In this document: in pieces, positions 10,005 to 19,378 of the stretch
Layout: every line of letters starts with the position of its first letter
How positions within the stretch are numbered: the first letter of the stretch is position 1
IMG/VR virus record: IMGVR_UViG_3300037502_002993
Span: 124,001 to 188,000 of that record
Direction: 5' to 3' (one strand)
DNA length: 64,000 bases
The notes under the pieces: model-generated
The model's database searches: none
Told to the model about the DNA's origin: nothing
Seen by the model: the letters and a program-made list of their open reading frames with translations, nothing else
Made by a program: the position numbers and the translations under genes

Positions 10005-11444
10005 TTATTTCTTTGAACCCTCAGCAAAGCCCAAAGGTTTGATGGTCGCCTTTTGTTCTTCACTAAACCAATAGGGGATGTAAACACCCTGACGCATGCG
10101 TAACAGATCAACAATGGAAAGGAAAGGAAGATGATTTGCCTCGTCCTTAACCGGCACCCAGTAATCTCGGGTATCAAGCAGGACCTCCCAATCATACCCC
10201 ATCTTGATGAGGTCTTGATAAAGCTCTTCCGGGGTACAGAGGATCTCTCCCCACTTCGTGGACTGTAATTGCCACAGCTGGAGAAGGTCTGAGGTGAACT
10301 TTACCGCCTTTCTGAGTTTGGGATCATCATCCAGCTTACGACGCACCTTAGTACGTTGTAATTTAACATCAGGACGCAGGACCATGGCATAGCTTTGCAG
10401 GTTGCCCTCAATACCAAAGCGCCCATTCTCCTTACAGTAATCAAACTCAGTTAATGAGGGTTGGACGCCTTCTGACTGACTGACGATAATGTTGAACGGT
10501 AGTCCCGTCACGCCATTCTTACCGCGCAGGTTTTTGATGGTCAGTTTGACCAAATCCGTATCGCCCTGTACCGCATTGCCATTATCACGGGGGTACTCGG
10601 GGGTCTTGTCTTTGGTCTGCATGGGTTTGTTGGAGAACACCATCCACAGGTTCGTGGGGAGGTCAAAGAACCCCTTGGACACCCCTGCCAGTGTGGTGTC
10701 CTTTTCAAGGAAGGTCAATGGACGCTTGTCCTTGGCATACATCTCCATGTTGATCACATCGGTCACGTGGGCCGTCATGAACATGTAGATACCACCCCGC
10801 GGTACCAGCTGAGTGAGCTGATTGAACATCTGCTTCTTGGCTTTACCGCTGTTCATCGCTTCGGTGTTCAGGTCAGACTCACCGATCTTACCCTTGTCGT
10901 AAATGGTCTCAGTGGTTGAGATATTGAACTTCGACAGGGAGTCGATATCCACCTGAGCTGGATAGATGGCTTTATGGACCTCACTGTCCTTACCAACAAA
11001 CGGGGTTTCGTACAGGTGTTTGTCTTGTTCCTTACCGCGCTGCTTGACGACCTCTTTAAAGATATTGAAGAACTCATCCCCGTTATAGCGAGACACATCC
11101 GTAAAAGCAAAGGAGTCGTCTTCATAAAAGTCGATTGACGCAAGGTAGCTGTCCATCTTCTGGTACTTCGTCAGCCGCTGGATCGGGAACAGGGTGGCCT
11201 CACTGTCATAGATCAGGGTATCGGTTTCACGGAATGCCCGCTTGACCATGCTATTCATGTACATCAGGAGTTCTGACTTAAAGTTGTTCGGCCGTGCCAC
11301 GATCCCAGTGATGCCTGCAACCCCACCATTGAGGATATACTCCCCATGGCGACCGGGTTGATAGTGCCCAGATGAAATATCAAACAGACACCCTACATTG
11401 ATGGCCGGGCGGTAGATGGGCGGCAGAAAACGATTCTTAAACAT
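10005..11444 (-). CDS. uvsX: UvsX/RecA-like recombinase (phiKZ gp152-like)
   Basis: GITGIVARPNNFKS Walker-A variant, IYDSE, VDIDSLS Walker-B region, FMTAHV; 479 aa. Confidence 0.85.
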   Translation of the reverse strand: MFKNRFLPPIYRPAINVGCLFDISSGHYQPGRHGEYILNGGVAGITGIVARPNNFKSELLMYMNSMVKRAFRETDTLIYDSEATLFPIQRLTKYQKMDSYLASIDFYEDDSFAFTDVSRYNGDEFFNIFKEVVKQRGKEQDKHLYETPFVGKDSEVHKAIYPAQVDIDSLSKFNISTTETIYDKGKIGESDLNTEAMNSGKAKKQMFNQLTQLVPRGGIYMFMTAHVTDVINMEMYAKDKRPLTFLEKDTTLAGVSKGFFDLPTNLWMVFSNKPMQTKDKTPEYPRDNGNAVQGDTDLVKLTIKNLRGKNGVTGLPFNIIVSQSEGVQPSLTEFDYCKENGRFGIEGNLQSYAMVLRPDVKLQRTKVRRKLDDDPKLRKAVKFTSDLLQLWQLQSTKWGEILCTPEELYQDLIKMGYDWEVLLDTRDYWVPVKDEANHLPFLSIVDLLRMRQGVYIPYWFSEEQKATIKPLGFAEGSKK

Positions 11445-11597
11445 GAAGGTTCTTTTCCCTATAGGTAACGTTAGGTGACTTGGTCAATGGATGAAGGATG
11501 TCAGTAGCGCACGTAGGTGATTTCACATTCTTGGAATTCTATGACGACGACGCCATGGTTGAACGTTGGTCTTATCCACTCCAAGAGGAACGCCTTA

Positions 11598-12443
11598 ATG
11601 ACCCAACACACTTTCCGTCAGCTGTACACTGCATTAGAAGAGTTTCGAGAGGTTGGCAATAACGAAACCGTCTCCAACGAAAGTATTCGTCAGTTCCTCA
11701 CTAACCGAGCTCCTAAGTTGGTCTCTTTATTGAGCGATGTGTTCCGCACCCTATCCACTTGGGATTATAGCCAGCCCGAAGTGCTCAATGTGCGTTCGAT
11801 CGAAGGGGTGCTCAGGAAAGCGGATTTCCAGGAGCTTGAAGGGGTGCTGATGATGAAGCCGGTGGGCTTCAATACCAAGCAGGGTCCTCTTGATGTGTAT
11901 GCCCAACAACTGCTTGACAGACAGGTGGACTCTCTGGTATTGACCAAGGATGTCCTGTCTCGTGTACAGGATGTGCTGAGTGGGTACGTGAGTGACCCTG
12001 AGGCACTCAAGGAGAGGGCTAGGGAGCCGCGAGTACTCAAGGAGCAACTCACTGCCCTTGCTCGGTACAAAGAGCGTGAGGCGCCCTGGTTGGTCGAGGG
12101 AAACCGCACCCACGAGGCTGACTTCACCGTCCTGTTCCATAACCTTAAAGCTTTCAGTGAAACCGCACGACTGGTCAATGCCGTGAACGCCAAACGCTGG
12201 TCAGTGGCCCCACCGAAAGAGGTGGCTATGCGCGGCCAATCCCTTAGTCGAGTAGCAGAAGCCCTTCAGCAGATAATGGAAGGGGGCGGTGTAGTGCCTC
12301 ATCGGGATACCCTTCTTCTTCTGGCCAGTGAGATCGAACTCGCTGCGCTTTGGCTTGAATGGTATTCCGTCCTCACTACTCGCATCATGGACCTGACGGC
12401 GGCTATGAAAACCAATGAACGTAAACTCATGAGGGTTCTGTAA
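11598..12443 (+). CDS. Putative virion structural protein
   Basis: ATG 11598 with GAGG SD; divergent from uvsX; stop overlaps the next start (TAATG). Confidence 0.6.
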   Translation: MTQHTFRQLYTALEEFREVGNNETVSNESIRQFLTNRAPKLVSLLSDVFRTLSTWDYSQPEVLNVRSIEGVLRKADFQELEGVLMMKPVGFNTKQGPLDVYAQQLLDRQVDSLVLTKDVLSRVQDVLSGYVSDPEALKERAREPRVLKEQLTALARYKEREAPWLVEGNRTHEADFTVLFHNLKAFSETARLVNAVNAKRWSVAPPKEVAMRGQSLSRVAEALQQIMEGGGVVPHRDTLLLLASEIELAALWLEWYSVLTTRIMDLTAAMKTNERKLMRVL

Positions 12444-13276
12444 TGAGGAATCGTCATTTAAGGGGCACTAGCTCACAGCTGAATCAGTTGAACATGGAGG
12501 CCGGTTCGTTAGCTATTGATACCGAAAAGAACGCTCTGCGCTTCTATGATGGAGAAACCCAAGGCGGGTTTGAGGTGTTAGGCACCCGGGCCTATGAACC
12601 CCCGCCTTTACCAGGGCCTCAAACACTGGTAGGAGGAGACCTCCAGGCGGGGTTCTATGGAGAAACCACTCCTGAGGAGTTCATCTCCTACGGTGCGTTA
12701 AGCACTTTGGTAGGGCTCTCCGCGGGGACCCTCCAGCATGATGCTGAATCCTTCTGGCTGAAGTTCAGTCTCGATGGGTCCCCGCTGTACGTCATGAAGA
12801 AGCCTGCACGACACACGGTGTCGTGGGATCAGCTGCACGCGGCGGGCCTGGTCTTTGGGACCAACACTGTGGAGATTGATGGACTCACCTACCAGGTCCG
12901 CCTCCTCAAAGGGGCCAACTCCGACCCCACCACCGATGCCACGGGCTGGGACATCCCCACCAGCCATGGGTCGGAGTGGAACCGACTCATCTACCCCGTG
13001 CACTCAGGCGTACACACCGACACCCGCAACCCCAGTGTGCACAGTGACCCCACGGCCGCGCCCTTCGGCGCCTGGGCGCAGTACAGTGACGCGGATCTGG
13101 TATTGCGTGGTACCGACAATGGTCGCGCCAACTGGTGTCAGGAAACCCCCGCCACCAGCACCAATCGCGTGCCTCGTGGTGCTTCTGGTGTTACGCGCTT
13201 GGATCGCGCTCCCTCTTCGTTTACGAATTCGACTTACGGTTGGAGAGCGGTACTCGTCCCCATCTTAGACAACTGA
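12443..13276 (+). CDS. Mtd-like receptor-binding protein, paralogue 1 (Mtd_N-like N-terminus plus C-type-lectin/FGE-like C-terminus; DGR-type target)
   Basis: N-terminal LRGT..QL...GSLAIDTEKNALRFYDGETQGG resembles Mtd_N; C-terminal WCQE...RVxRG..G..R......GWRAVL resembles CLec variable proteins. Confidence 0.75.
   Translation: MRNRHLRGTSSQLNQLNMEAGSLAIDTEKNALRFYDGETQGGFEVLGTRAYEPPPLPGPQTLVGGDLQAGFYGETTPEEFISYGALSTLVGLSAGTLQHDAESFWLKFSLDGSPLYVMKKPARHTVSWDQLHAAGLVFGTNTVEIDGLTYQVRLLKGANSDPTTDATGWDIPTSHGSEWNRLIYPVHSGVHTDTRNPSVHSDPTAAPFGAWAQYSDADLVLRGTDNGRANWCQETPATSTNRVPRGASGVTRLDRAPSSFTNSTYGWRAVLVPILDN
13169..13243 (+). repeat. DGR-like variable region VR1
   Basis: Aligns without gaps to 27485..27559 (-) and 48463..48537 (+); 14 of 25 codons identical, 11 vary as NNY. 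Confidence 0.8.
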
Positions 13277-13452
13277 TGGGCACTCACACCGCTCACCGAT
13301 GGAGGCGTGCAGTCCTCGTGCCGGTATAACGCCACCGTCACACGGACCGCCCACCACTGGGGGAGAGCAGTCCTCGTCCCCATCCTAAACGACTGATGAG
13401 CACTCACACCGCTCACCGATGGGGGCGTGCTGTCCTTCAGTTAGTTATCTAA
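13241..13452 (+). repeat. Array of four ~60 bp hairpin units (A-B-A'-C) encoding alternative C-terminal tails
   Basis: Units start TGG at 13241, 13300, 13358 and 13420 and read RAVLVPILDN*, RAVLVPV*, RAVLVPILND* and RAVLQLVI*. Confidence 0.85.
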
Positions 13453-13455
13453 AGT

Positions 13456-13490
13456 GACATAAACCCCTCCCGTAATGGGAGGGGTTCTTT
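13456..13490. terminator. Hairpin terminator
   Basis: AACCCCTCCC-GTAAT-GGGAGGGGTT then CTTT; GACATA on the left. Confidence 0.8.
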
Positions 13491-13525
13491 CTACGTTTAC
13501 GCAGAGTCGGTCTTCGGACCGACGT

Positions 13526-13975
13526 CTATGCTGTACCTTTAGAGTACTGACTCGTCTCTGGGTTTTGATACTGTTCTCTTAACCAAACCACTAACCGTTC
13601 AATGTCTTCTCGCCGCTGCTCAGCATCTGCATACCAAAGCCAACACGGGGTTTTCTTCACGAGGCGGTGCACATAGTGATCCTCGTTTTTCAGACAGACT
13701 CGGTAGATGGGTAGTAGGCGCTTCCACACCCAGCGTGATACCAATGCGGGAAACTTCATCTCCTTGGCCCTTGAGTTCAGTTCAAACTCCTGACTGAACG
13801 TCTGTAGGCGTTGGAGACTCATGTCTTCATCGTCGGTTAATCGCGCGTAGAGGGAAGTTAACACAAACATCCGTTTTAGTGAATCGGGTGTTCGGTACCA
13901 AAAGACAAACCAAATGATGACCAGGGGGTTATAGGTCTTGGTGTATGCTGTATGTATCAGCAACATGGAGATCAC
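13526..13975 (-). CDS. Hypothetical protein; start uncertain
   Basis: ORF overlapping the RNase H stop by 4 nt. Confidence 0.5.
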   Translation of the reverse strand: MISMLLIHTAYTKTYNPLVIIWFVFWYRTPDSLKRMFVLTSLYARLTDDEDMSLQRLQTFSQEFELNSRAKEMKFPALVSRWVWKRLLPIYRVCLKNEDHYVHRLVKKTPCWLWYADAEQRREDIERLVVWLREQYQNPETSQYSKGTA

Positions 13976-15489
13976 TCCTTTGGGATTAAGAAGTTGGTGT
14001 AAGGGGATTGGTACAAGATGTCACCCACTTCCGTTTCAATGATAAAACCGAAGCTGTAGCTAAAGGGCCCCCCTGCAATCAAAAACAGGGTGACTTTTGG
14101 CTTGTGATCCGCTAACCGCGCTAAGGTATTGCGTTCAGGAAGATCCACCCCAAGAAGTGCGGGGAGTTGTCGTGCCTTCCCTTTGTGCTCAAACCGAAAA
14201 ATCCATTTGGCCAGGCCATTGACGATCTCAGGCTTGAGCTTTAGTACGGGCTTAGGATCTTTTTTGCCCTTTAGCTCCTCAACGTAAAGTTGATCGGTAA
14301 CATCCACCTTCATTATCCCGCGTCCTTCCTTCCCTGCGAGGTGGTCTGTCAGTTGCCTTTGCATCCCATTGAACACATCAACCCCTTCCATGGCAAGCCC
14401 TGGGGGGTCAATGGTGATAGAAACCAACTCGTCTTGAACCGTTGTGATACTGCGGTTCATCGGGTTAACGATCAACCCCGTTGTCCCAAGGGTTAGGATG
14501 CGCTGTTTCACAGCTGGTTTAAATGCATGGTCGAGTCTCACTTTAACGAGGTCCACCACGTCCCTTACATGCGCTTGCTCGTGCTGCGTTTTTAGTAGTT
14601 CCAAAAACACATCAGGTTCATCAAGGCGCATGACACAGAAGGATGCATCCGCAATACGCCGTCCGAGAAGTAAGTCAGTTTTCGCATGACGCGTTAACAA
14701 ACTGTCTTCTTTCTTATGGGCGTAGTTTGACATGGCTCCCAGATGGTAGAAGTAATAGAACTGCCCCATGTCATTAGGTAGTGACTTCCCACCGATGGAA
14801 AATACCATACGGGTTTTCAAGATCAGAGGGTTATGGTCATTCTTGGGGTTGTGATAACCTTGGGGGTCGGATTCGCGCTTGATAAACGGGGCGGTCACCC
14901 CACCGCCGTTCTTTGCGTTAAGATCGGCCTGATCATTTCCAGGACACCCTGAGTGACCTTTTACCCACGTCCAAGTGATCTTACCGCCAATGGCCTGAAA
15001 GTCCGCTTCCTCTTTCTGGAGCGCCTCCCACAATTCACGATTGGCAACGTCGTTACCGGTTGTGGTTTTCCAGCCGTTCTTTGCCCAACGCTTAACCCAA
15101 CCCGTAATGCCCTTTCGGACGTACTCACTGTCGAGGCGTAAGGTAAGGGTCTTTACTTCGTAGTGGCGCGCTAATCGAATGCCCTCGACCGCCGCTTGCA
15201 GCTCTCCGACGTTGTTGGATTGACTTCCATTGACTCTGCCGAAAGCGTCAATGTAAAACAACGGCGTGACGGTTCCTGGGTACTCAACTTTATCATACCC
15301 TTCTTTGGTGGGAAGTGATTTGATACCGATCCCACGGGTTAATGGGGTGGCTTTGTACGCATAGCCGTGAATGCCCCATCCTGTCACTTGACGTCTAAAG
15401 CTGCCATCGATGTAGAGTACGAGCCCTTCCGCTTCTGACAGGGCAGATTCGAACGCTGAGCCTACCGTGTATTCTTTACGTACCGTCAT
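13972..15489 (-). CDS. rnhA: Ribonuclease HI with long C-terminal extension (phiKZ gp155-like)
   Basis: YIDGS, NNVGELQA, LDSEYVRKGITGW..W..NGWKT, WVKGHSGCPGNDQAD: the full RNase HI catalytic set. Confidence 0.92.
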   Translation of the reverse strand: MTVRKEYTVGSAFESALSEAEGLVLYIDGSFRRQVTGWGIHGYAYKATPLTRGIGIKSLPTKEGYDKVEYPGTVTPLFYIDAFGRVNGSQSNNVGELQAAVEGIRLARHYEVKTLTLRLDSEYVRKGITGWVKRWAKNGWKTTTGNDVANRELWEALQKEEADFQAIGGKITWTWVKGHSGCPGNDQADLNAKNGGGVTAPFIKRESDPQGYHNPKNDHNPLILKTRMVFSIGGKSLPNDMGQFYYFYHLGAMSNYAHKKEDSLLTRHAKTDLLLGRRIADASFCVMRLDEPDVFLELLKTQHEQAHVRDVVDLVKVRLDHAFKPAVKQRILTLGTTGLIVNPMNRSITTVQDELVSITIDPPGLAMEGVDVFNGMQRQLTDHLAGKEGRGIMKVDVTDQLYVEELKGKKDPKPVLKLKPEIVNGLAKWIFRFEHKGKARQLPALLGVDLPERNTLARLADHKPKVTLFLIAGGPFSYSFGFIIETEVGDILYQSPYTNFLIPKE

Positions 15490-15559
15490 GTGGCTATTCC
15501 ATTCCCTTAATGGTTAATCAAACTATTCCCTTCAGGCGTAGAAGATGACATAGGCCACA

Positions 15560-15982
15560 TTAACAGTCCTGTAGGTACTGGCGGTAGGCTTCCTCGTACT
15601 CCGCCCTGACTTCTGAGATGTAATGGCGTAGCTGGAGGATGTGTTCCACCAGTAACGCTTCCGATTCCTGATAACTTAAAGTGTCGATGCTTTCAGGTCT
15701 GGCAATCTCAGGAATGGGTGGAAAGGGTGGTTGATCATAAAACGAACAAGTGGTGTGGTCAGCGTCCGGCGCAGACACCGACTCGGGCACCAATACCCGC
15801 TCCACCACCGGTGGTTGGGGCAGTGGCTCTGGCGCAATGGTTTGCTGATCCACCATTACCGTCGTGTTGACTTCTGGGGACTTCACTACAATGGGAATTA
15901 CCAGAGGGGGTGGGGTATCTACTATGACAACACACCCTGACAAGCTCGCGCCCATCAATGCCCCCACCCAACCGCTCCTCAT
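15560..15982 (-). CDS. Lipoprotein, putative o-spanin
   Basis: AAGGAGG SD; MRSGWVGALMGASLSGC lipobox followed by a Pro-rich segment. Confidence 0.6.
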   Translation of the reverse strand: MRSGWVGALMGASLSGCVVIVDTPPPLVIPIVVKSPEVNTTVMVDQQTIAPEPLPQPPVVERVLVPESVSAPDADHTTCSFYDQPPFPPIPEIARPESIDTLSYQESEALLVEHILQLRHYISEVRAEYEEAYRQYLQDC

Positions 15983-15993
15983 GGTAAACCTCC

Positions 15994-16329
15994 TTATCGA
16001 AACAGTTCGCGCATTCTTCGATCGGCATCCCAATCGCCCGTCGCGGCACACTCGCCGCGCACGGTCTCGATCTCTTGGGCAATCACCGAAAGGCGCGCTT
16101 CCTGCCGCTCACTCTCACGTATCAGTTGACGATTCTCAGTCTGGAGGGCCGATACGTGTTTCATGGACACGAAAAAAGAGTAGGTCATCAGCAGGAACAG
16201 ACAGAACATGATCAGAAACAGTCGGTTCTTGGCTAAGACATACGTAACGGGGCGACCTCCGAAAACAACACGACCGACGAACGGCCATGCCCAGGTCAAC
16301 AACTTAAACGCTATCTTCAGGTATGTCAT
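15994..16329 (-). CDS. Inner-membrane protein, putative i-spanin
   Basis: GAGGT SD; one hydrophobic helix (LFLIMFCLFLLMTYSFFV) then a coiled-coil-like tail; stop overlaps the SD of the lipoprotein gene. Confidence 0.55.
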   Translation of the reverse strand: MTYLKIAFKLLTWAWPFVGRVVFGGRPVTYVLAKNRLFLIMFCLFLLMTYSFFVSMKHVSALQTENRQLIRESERQEARLSVIAQEIETVRGECAATGDWDADRRMRELFR

Positions 16330-16510
16330 GCTTACCTCGGTTGTCTCGTAGCTCGGTGGGCTGTATAGGCCCCGACACAGCATACTTCTTGAGACAACCC
16401 CACGTATTACACACTTGTCTTCTGTGGGATTTCCCTGCGTAATGCTAACTCCGGGCGATTTTATGATGGCTTAGGTGAATTGACTGACTCAACAACGGAG
16501 TATTGTCACT

Positions 16511-17848
16511 ATGTATCAACTGAAAGGCTTTTTCAAGTTCATCCCCCTGATCGACAATACCCGAGATCAGGTAGCACCTTTCGGGGAGATTTCAGATGAT
16601 GGGTTAACGTACGCCAAGGACAAGACCTACCACTCCTCCAATGCCCATCCCCAGACGGTACTGATCGGTTTCCACTCCAGTGAGGATGGTGACTACGCTC
16701 CCGTCTCAAATAGTGTAGCGGAGCGCGCCGTTCAGATCGGGCAGTGGCTGCTGGATCGTGCCCTGAATGGTCAGATCTCGGGAGACGTTCATCAGGTCCG
16801 TAATAGCCTGCAAAACGAATTCTCCTCAATGATCTCTCACGTGACCACAGGCGCACTGCTTGAAGAGGACGATCTACGTCTGCCTGAGTGGATCGGATAT
16901 CGTGATATAGCCCTTGGTGATGAGAATCAGATCCAGATCTGGCTTGCCGATGCCTCCTTCCGTCGTCAATATGACGAGTATGACATTGAGATCATCCCTC
17001 CGTTTGAGCCGCTCGATGATTTCTTTCAAGACCCCATCTTGGTGATCGGGAAGATCAACGACATTGACTTCGTTGAGAAGATGGAAGAGGTACAGGCCCG
17101 CCGTGGGGAGTATCCTTATACCCAACTGTTAGCGCAGCGCTATGATTACGTCCATCCAGCGGACCCCAATAACCGGACCCCCACCAAGTGGGTCGTGTTG
17201 GTATACGGTCAAGCGGGCAATAACCCTGACCTGATCCGCAATGAGATCATCGACTACGTACTTGAGAACAGCACCCGGGACCGTGAAGAGTGGGCAGTCA
17301 TTTTGCCCGACCTGTTCATGGCAACCGAGTACGTCATCACGCCCTTCTGGCACCAGTACAGCGTCCCTAACCGTGAGATGCAGGCAGGCATCCACTCCCC
17401 CATCATCAAGCCCCAGGAAAGCCTTGAGCTGTTAAAGCGCACCACACGAGGCAGTGGCTTTGATGACGCTTGGGTAGCCGCAGAACACCAATACAGCATG
17501 GTGATCTATAAGTCCCTGGCTTTCGGGGCGGTGGGCAATGCCCAGAACCGTGATGGGATCTATGGCCTGAAAGAGCGCTTTACCGATTACATGGTTGTGA
17601 CCAACCAGAGTGCGGATTTCAACCGCATGAGCGTTAGGACCCAGGACTTTATCAACCTACTCAACTCCCTGATCCAGATCGCTGAGACTCTCACCCCCAC
17701 CAGTGATGTCCCGGTGGGGTACGCGCGCCTGGTCCGTGATGGGGTGGTCTATATCACCCGGCAGTATGAGCAGGTGCTCTACCTGGTAGCGGGACGACGC
17801 AGTGTGGAGCTTGCTTATGATGAGGTAGTGGAGGCAATGAATGGCTAA
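16511..17848 (+). CDS. Conserved phiKZ-like virion structural protein
   Basis: 445 aa ORF, MYQLKGF start as in related structural proteins I recall; context. Confidence 0.6.
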   Translation: MYQLKGFFKFIPLIDNTRDQVAPFGEISDDGLTYAKDKTYHSSNAHPQTVLIGFHSSEDGDYAPVSNSVAERAVQIGQWLLDRALNGQISGDVHQVRNSLQNEFSSMISHVTTGALLEEDDLRLPEWIGYRDIALGDENQIQIWLADASFRRQYDEYDIEIIPPFEPLDDFFQDPILVIGKINDIDFVEKMEEVQARRGEYPYTQLLAQRYDYVHPADPNNRTPTKWVVLVYGQAGNNPDLIRNEIIDYVLENSTRDREEWAVILPDLFMATEYVITPFWHQYSVPNREMQAGIHSPIIKPQESLELLKRTTRGSGFDDAWVAAEHQYSMVIYKSLAFGAVGNAQNRDGIYGLKERFTDYMVVTNQSADFNRMSVRTQDFINLLNSLIQIAETLTPTSDVPVGYARLVRDGVVYITRQYEQVLYLVAGRRSVELAYDEVVEAMNG

Positions 17849-18956
17849 TCTCAGCGATGCGCTGGTGGGGTTTGGTCAGGCAGTGCGGGCACGGTTTCGC
17901 ACGCCCTTTAATACCCAGAACCAACTCCTCACAGGGGGAGAGCAGGGGTTCGCTGCGCGCCCCACTGCGTTAACCGTAGGGTTTGTGCAGACCGATGAAG
18001 AGTTAGCGTTTCAGCAGGAGCAGGAAGAGTCGTTCGGTACGGTGTTCAACGAGTGGACCCGTATCTCACGGATGACGGCTGAGCGTGATACGCTACATGC
18101 TAACGGCGACAGTAATAGCGATGCAGCACTGCCGAGTGAATTAAACGCCTGGGACTTCAACCCCACTACCGAACGCATCACCTGTACGATCAACTCCGAG
18201 ACCCTGCTTGGGTTTATCTCCAATGAACGCTATAATAACTACACTCTAGAGGTGAGACTAAACTCCAACAACAGCGACGATGACTTCATCGGACTGTGTA
18301 TCGCGCACGCCCAGGACAGCTCAGGGAAGACCCACATTCTAACGGCCATTCGTGGGTATAATGCCCGTGCCCCACTGGTGATCGATAAGAACTACTGGGC
18401 ACACACAGCGGACAATTGGATTGATAATCCGAGTGAATATGAGGTAGCGCGAGTGTACAGTGGCCTTCAGTGGGCCGACGGTACCACCACCACCACCCCC
18501 ATAGCCAACGGCAGTCGTGGTGGGTGGAATGCAGTCTCTAATGGAGTGCTCTTAAAGATCACCCGAGAGGATGATCTTATCACCGTGGAGACCAGTCTCA
18601 ATAATGGGACCAGTTATCACGAACCCGCTAAGCGAGTGATTGATCTGTCCATGGACCCAGAGCTTGAGGTCTTTCGAGGGCCTCAGCGGTATGGGTACGT
18701 GTGTCACTCACAAAACGCCAGTACGTTTGATGTGTTAGATCGTGTCACTGAACGACACCCCATTGTCGACACCCGCAATTATCGTCTGTATGTGTTTGAA
18801 GGGGGTAATTGGGTCGTCAAATCGGATGGACTGCCAGCACTTATCGCCAGTGGCGTTTTAGTGCCCAATCAACTCCACATGAACCCCATCACTGGTCGGT
18901 TCTATTACATGCGGGGTGAGGAGAGCCTAGACCTGATCACCGCCCCCAGCGAGTAA
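17841..18956 (+). CDS. Putative virion appendage protein with lectin/ConA-like domain
   Basis: TLEVRLNSNNSDDDFIGLCIA resembles the DDD motif of thrombospondin-C-type lectin domains; beta-rich. Confidence 0.5.
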   Translation: MANLSDALVGFGQAVRARFRTPFNTQNQLLTGGEQGFAARPTALTVGFVQTDEELAFQQEQEESFGTVFNEWTRISRMTAERDTLHANGDSNSDAALPSELNAWDFNPTTERITCTINSETLLGFISNERYNNYTLEVRLNSNNSDDDFIGLCIAHAQDSSGKTHILTAIRGYNARAPLVIDKNYWAHTADNWIDNPSEYEVARVYSGLQWADGTTTTTPIANGSRGGWNAVSNGVLLKITREDDLITVETSLNNGTSYHEPAKRVIDLSMDPELEVFRGPQRYGYVCHSQNASTFDVLDRVTERHPIVDTRNYRLYVFEGGNWVVKSDGLPALIASGVLVPNQLHMNPITGRFYYMRGEESLDLITAPSE

Positions 18957-18966
18957 GGAGCGACCC

Positions 18967-19374
18967 ATGGCCTTGGATGTATTAACACAGGGTGTCCGTA
19001 CCTACCTGGACAGCTTTAAGGAGACCTTTTTGGGCTTTAAAGCACCGCGTGGGTATGGCTACTACATCAATAACAACGATGGGCTATTCCAGTTTGACCT
19101 AGAACCTCTGGTAACTCCTTTCGTGGTGGTCAACACCGCAGGTGATTTGACGTTCTGCCGCGACCGTATCCAGGTGGAAGGGTCTTCAGGGGACACGGTA
19201 TTGGACCTTCGTGATAATCGACTTTGGACGTATCAGTCGGGAACCACGTGGACAAACACCATCGTCAATATCGACAGCTACATGAAACCGGGAAGGATGT
19301 ATTTCTCTCCCTACACACGTAAGGTGTTTATTGTCGATACCCTACGGCGCATCGAACAACTTCTTGGGGGGTAG
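18967..19374 (+). CDS. Small structural protein, paralogous to the C-terminal domain of 17841..18956
   Basis: Shares D-x-R..L..G..W and P..L/M..SP..R/K-V/F motifs. Confidence 0.6.
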   Translation: MALDVLTQGVRTYLDSFKETFLGFKAPRGYGYYINNNDGLFQFDLEPLVTPFVVVNTAGDLTFCRDRIQVEGSSGDTVLDLRDNRLWTYQSGTTWTNTIVNIDSYMKPGRMYFSPYTRKVFIVDTLRRIEQLLGG

Positions 19375-19378
19375 GGCA

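Noticed and set aside
13241-13452. CRISPR array interpretation of the ~60 bp periodic units
   Set aside because: There is no identical direct repeat with unique spacers; the 'spacers' recur and encode protein tails, and no cas genes are present.
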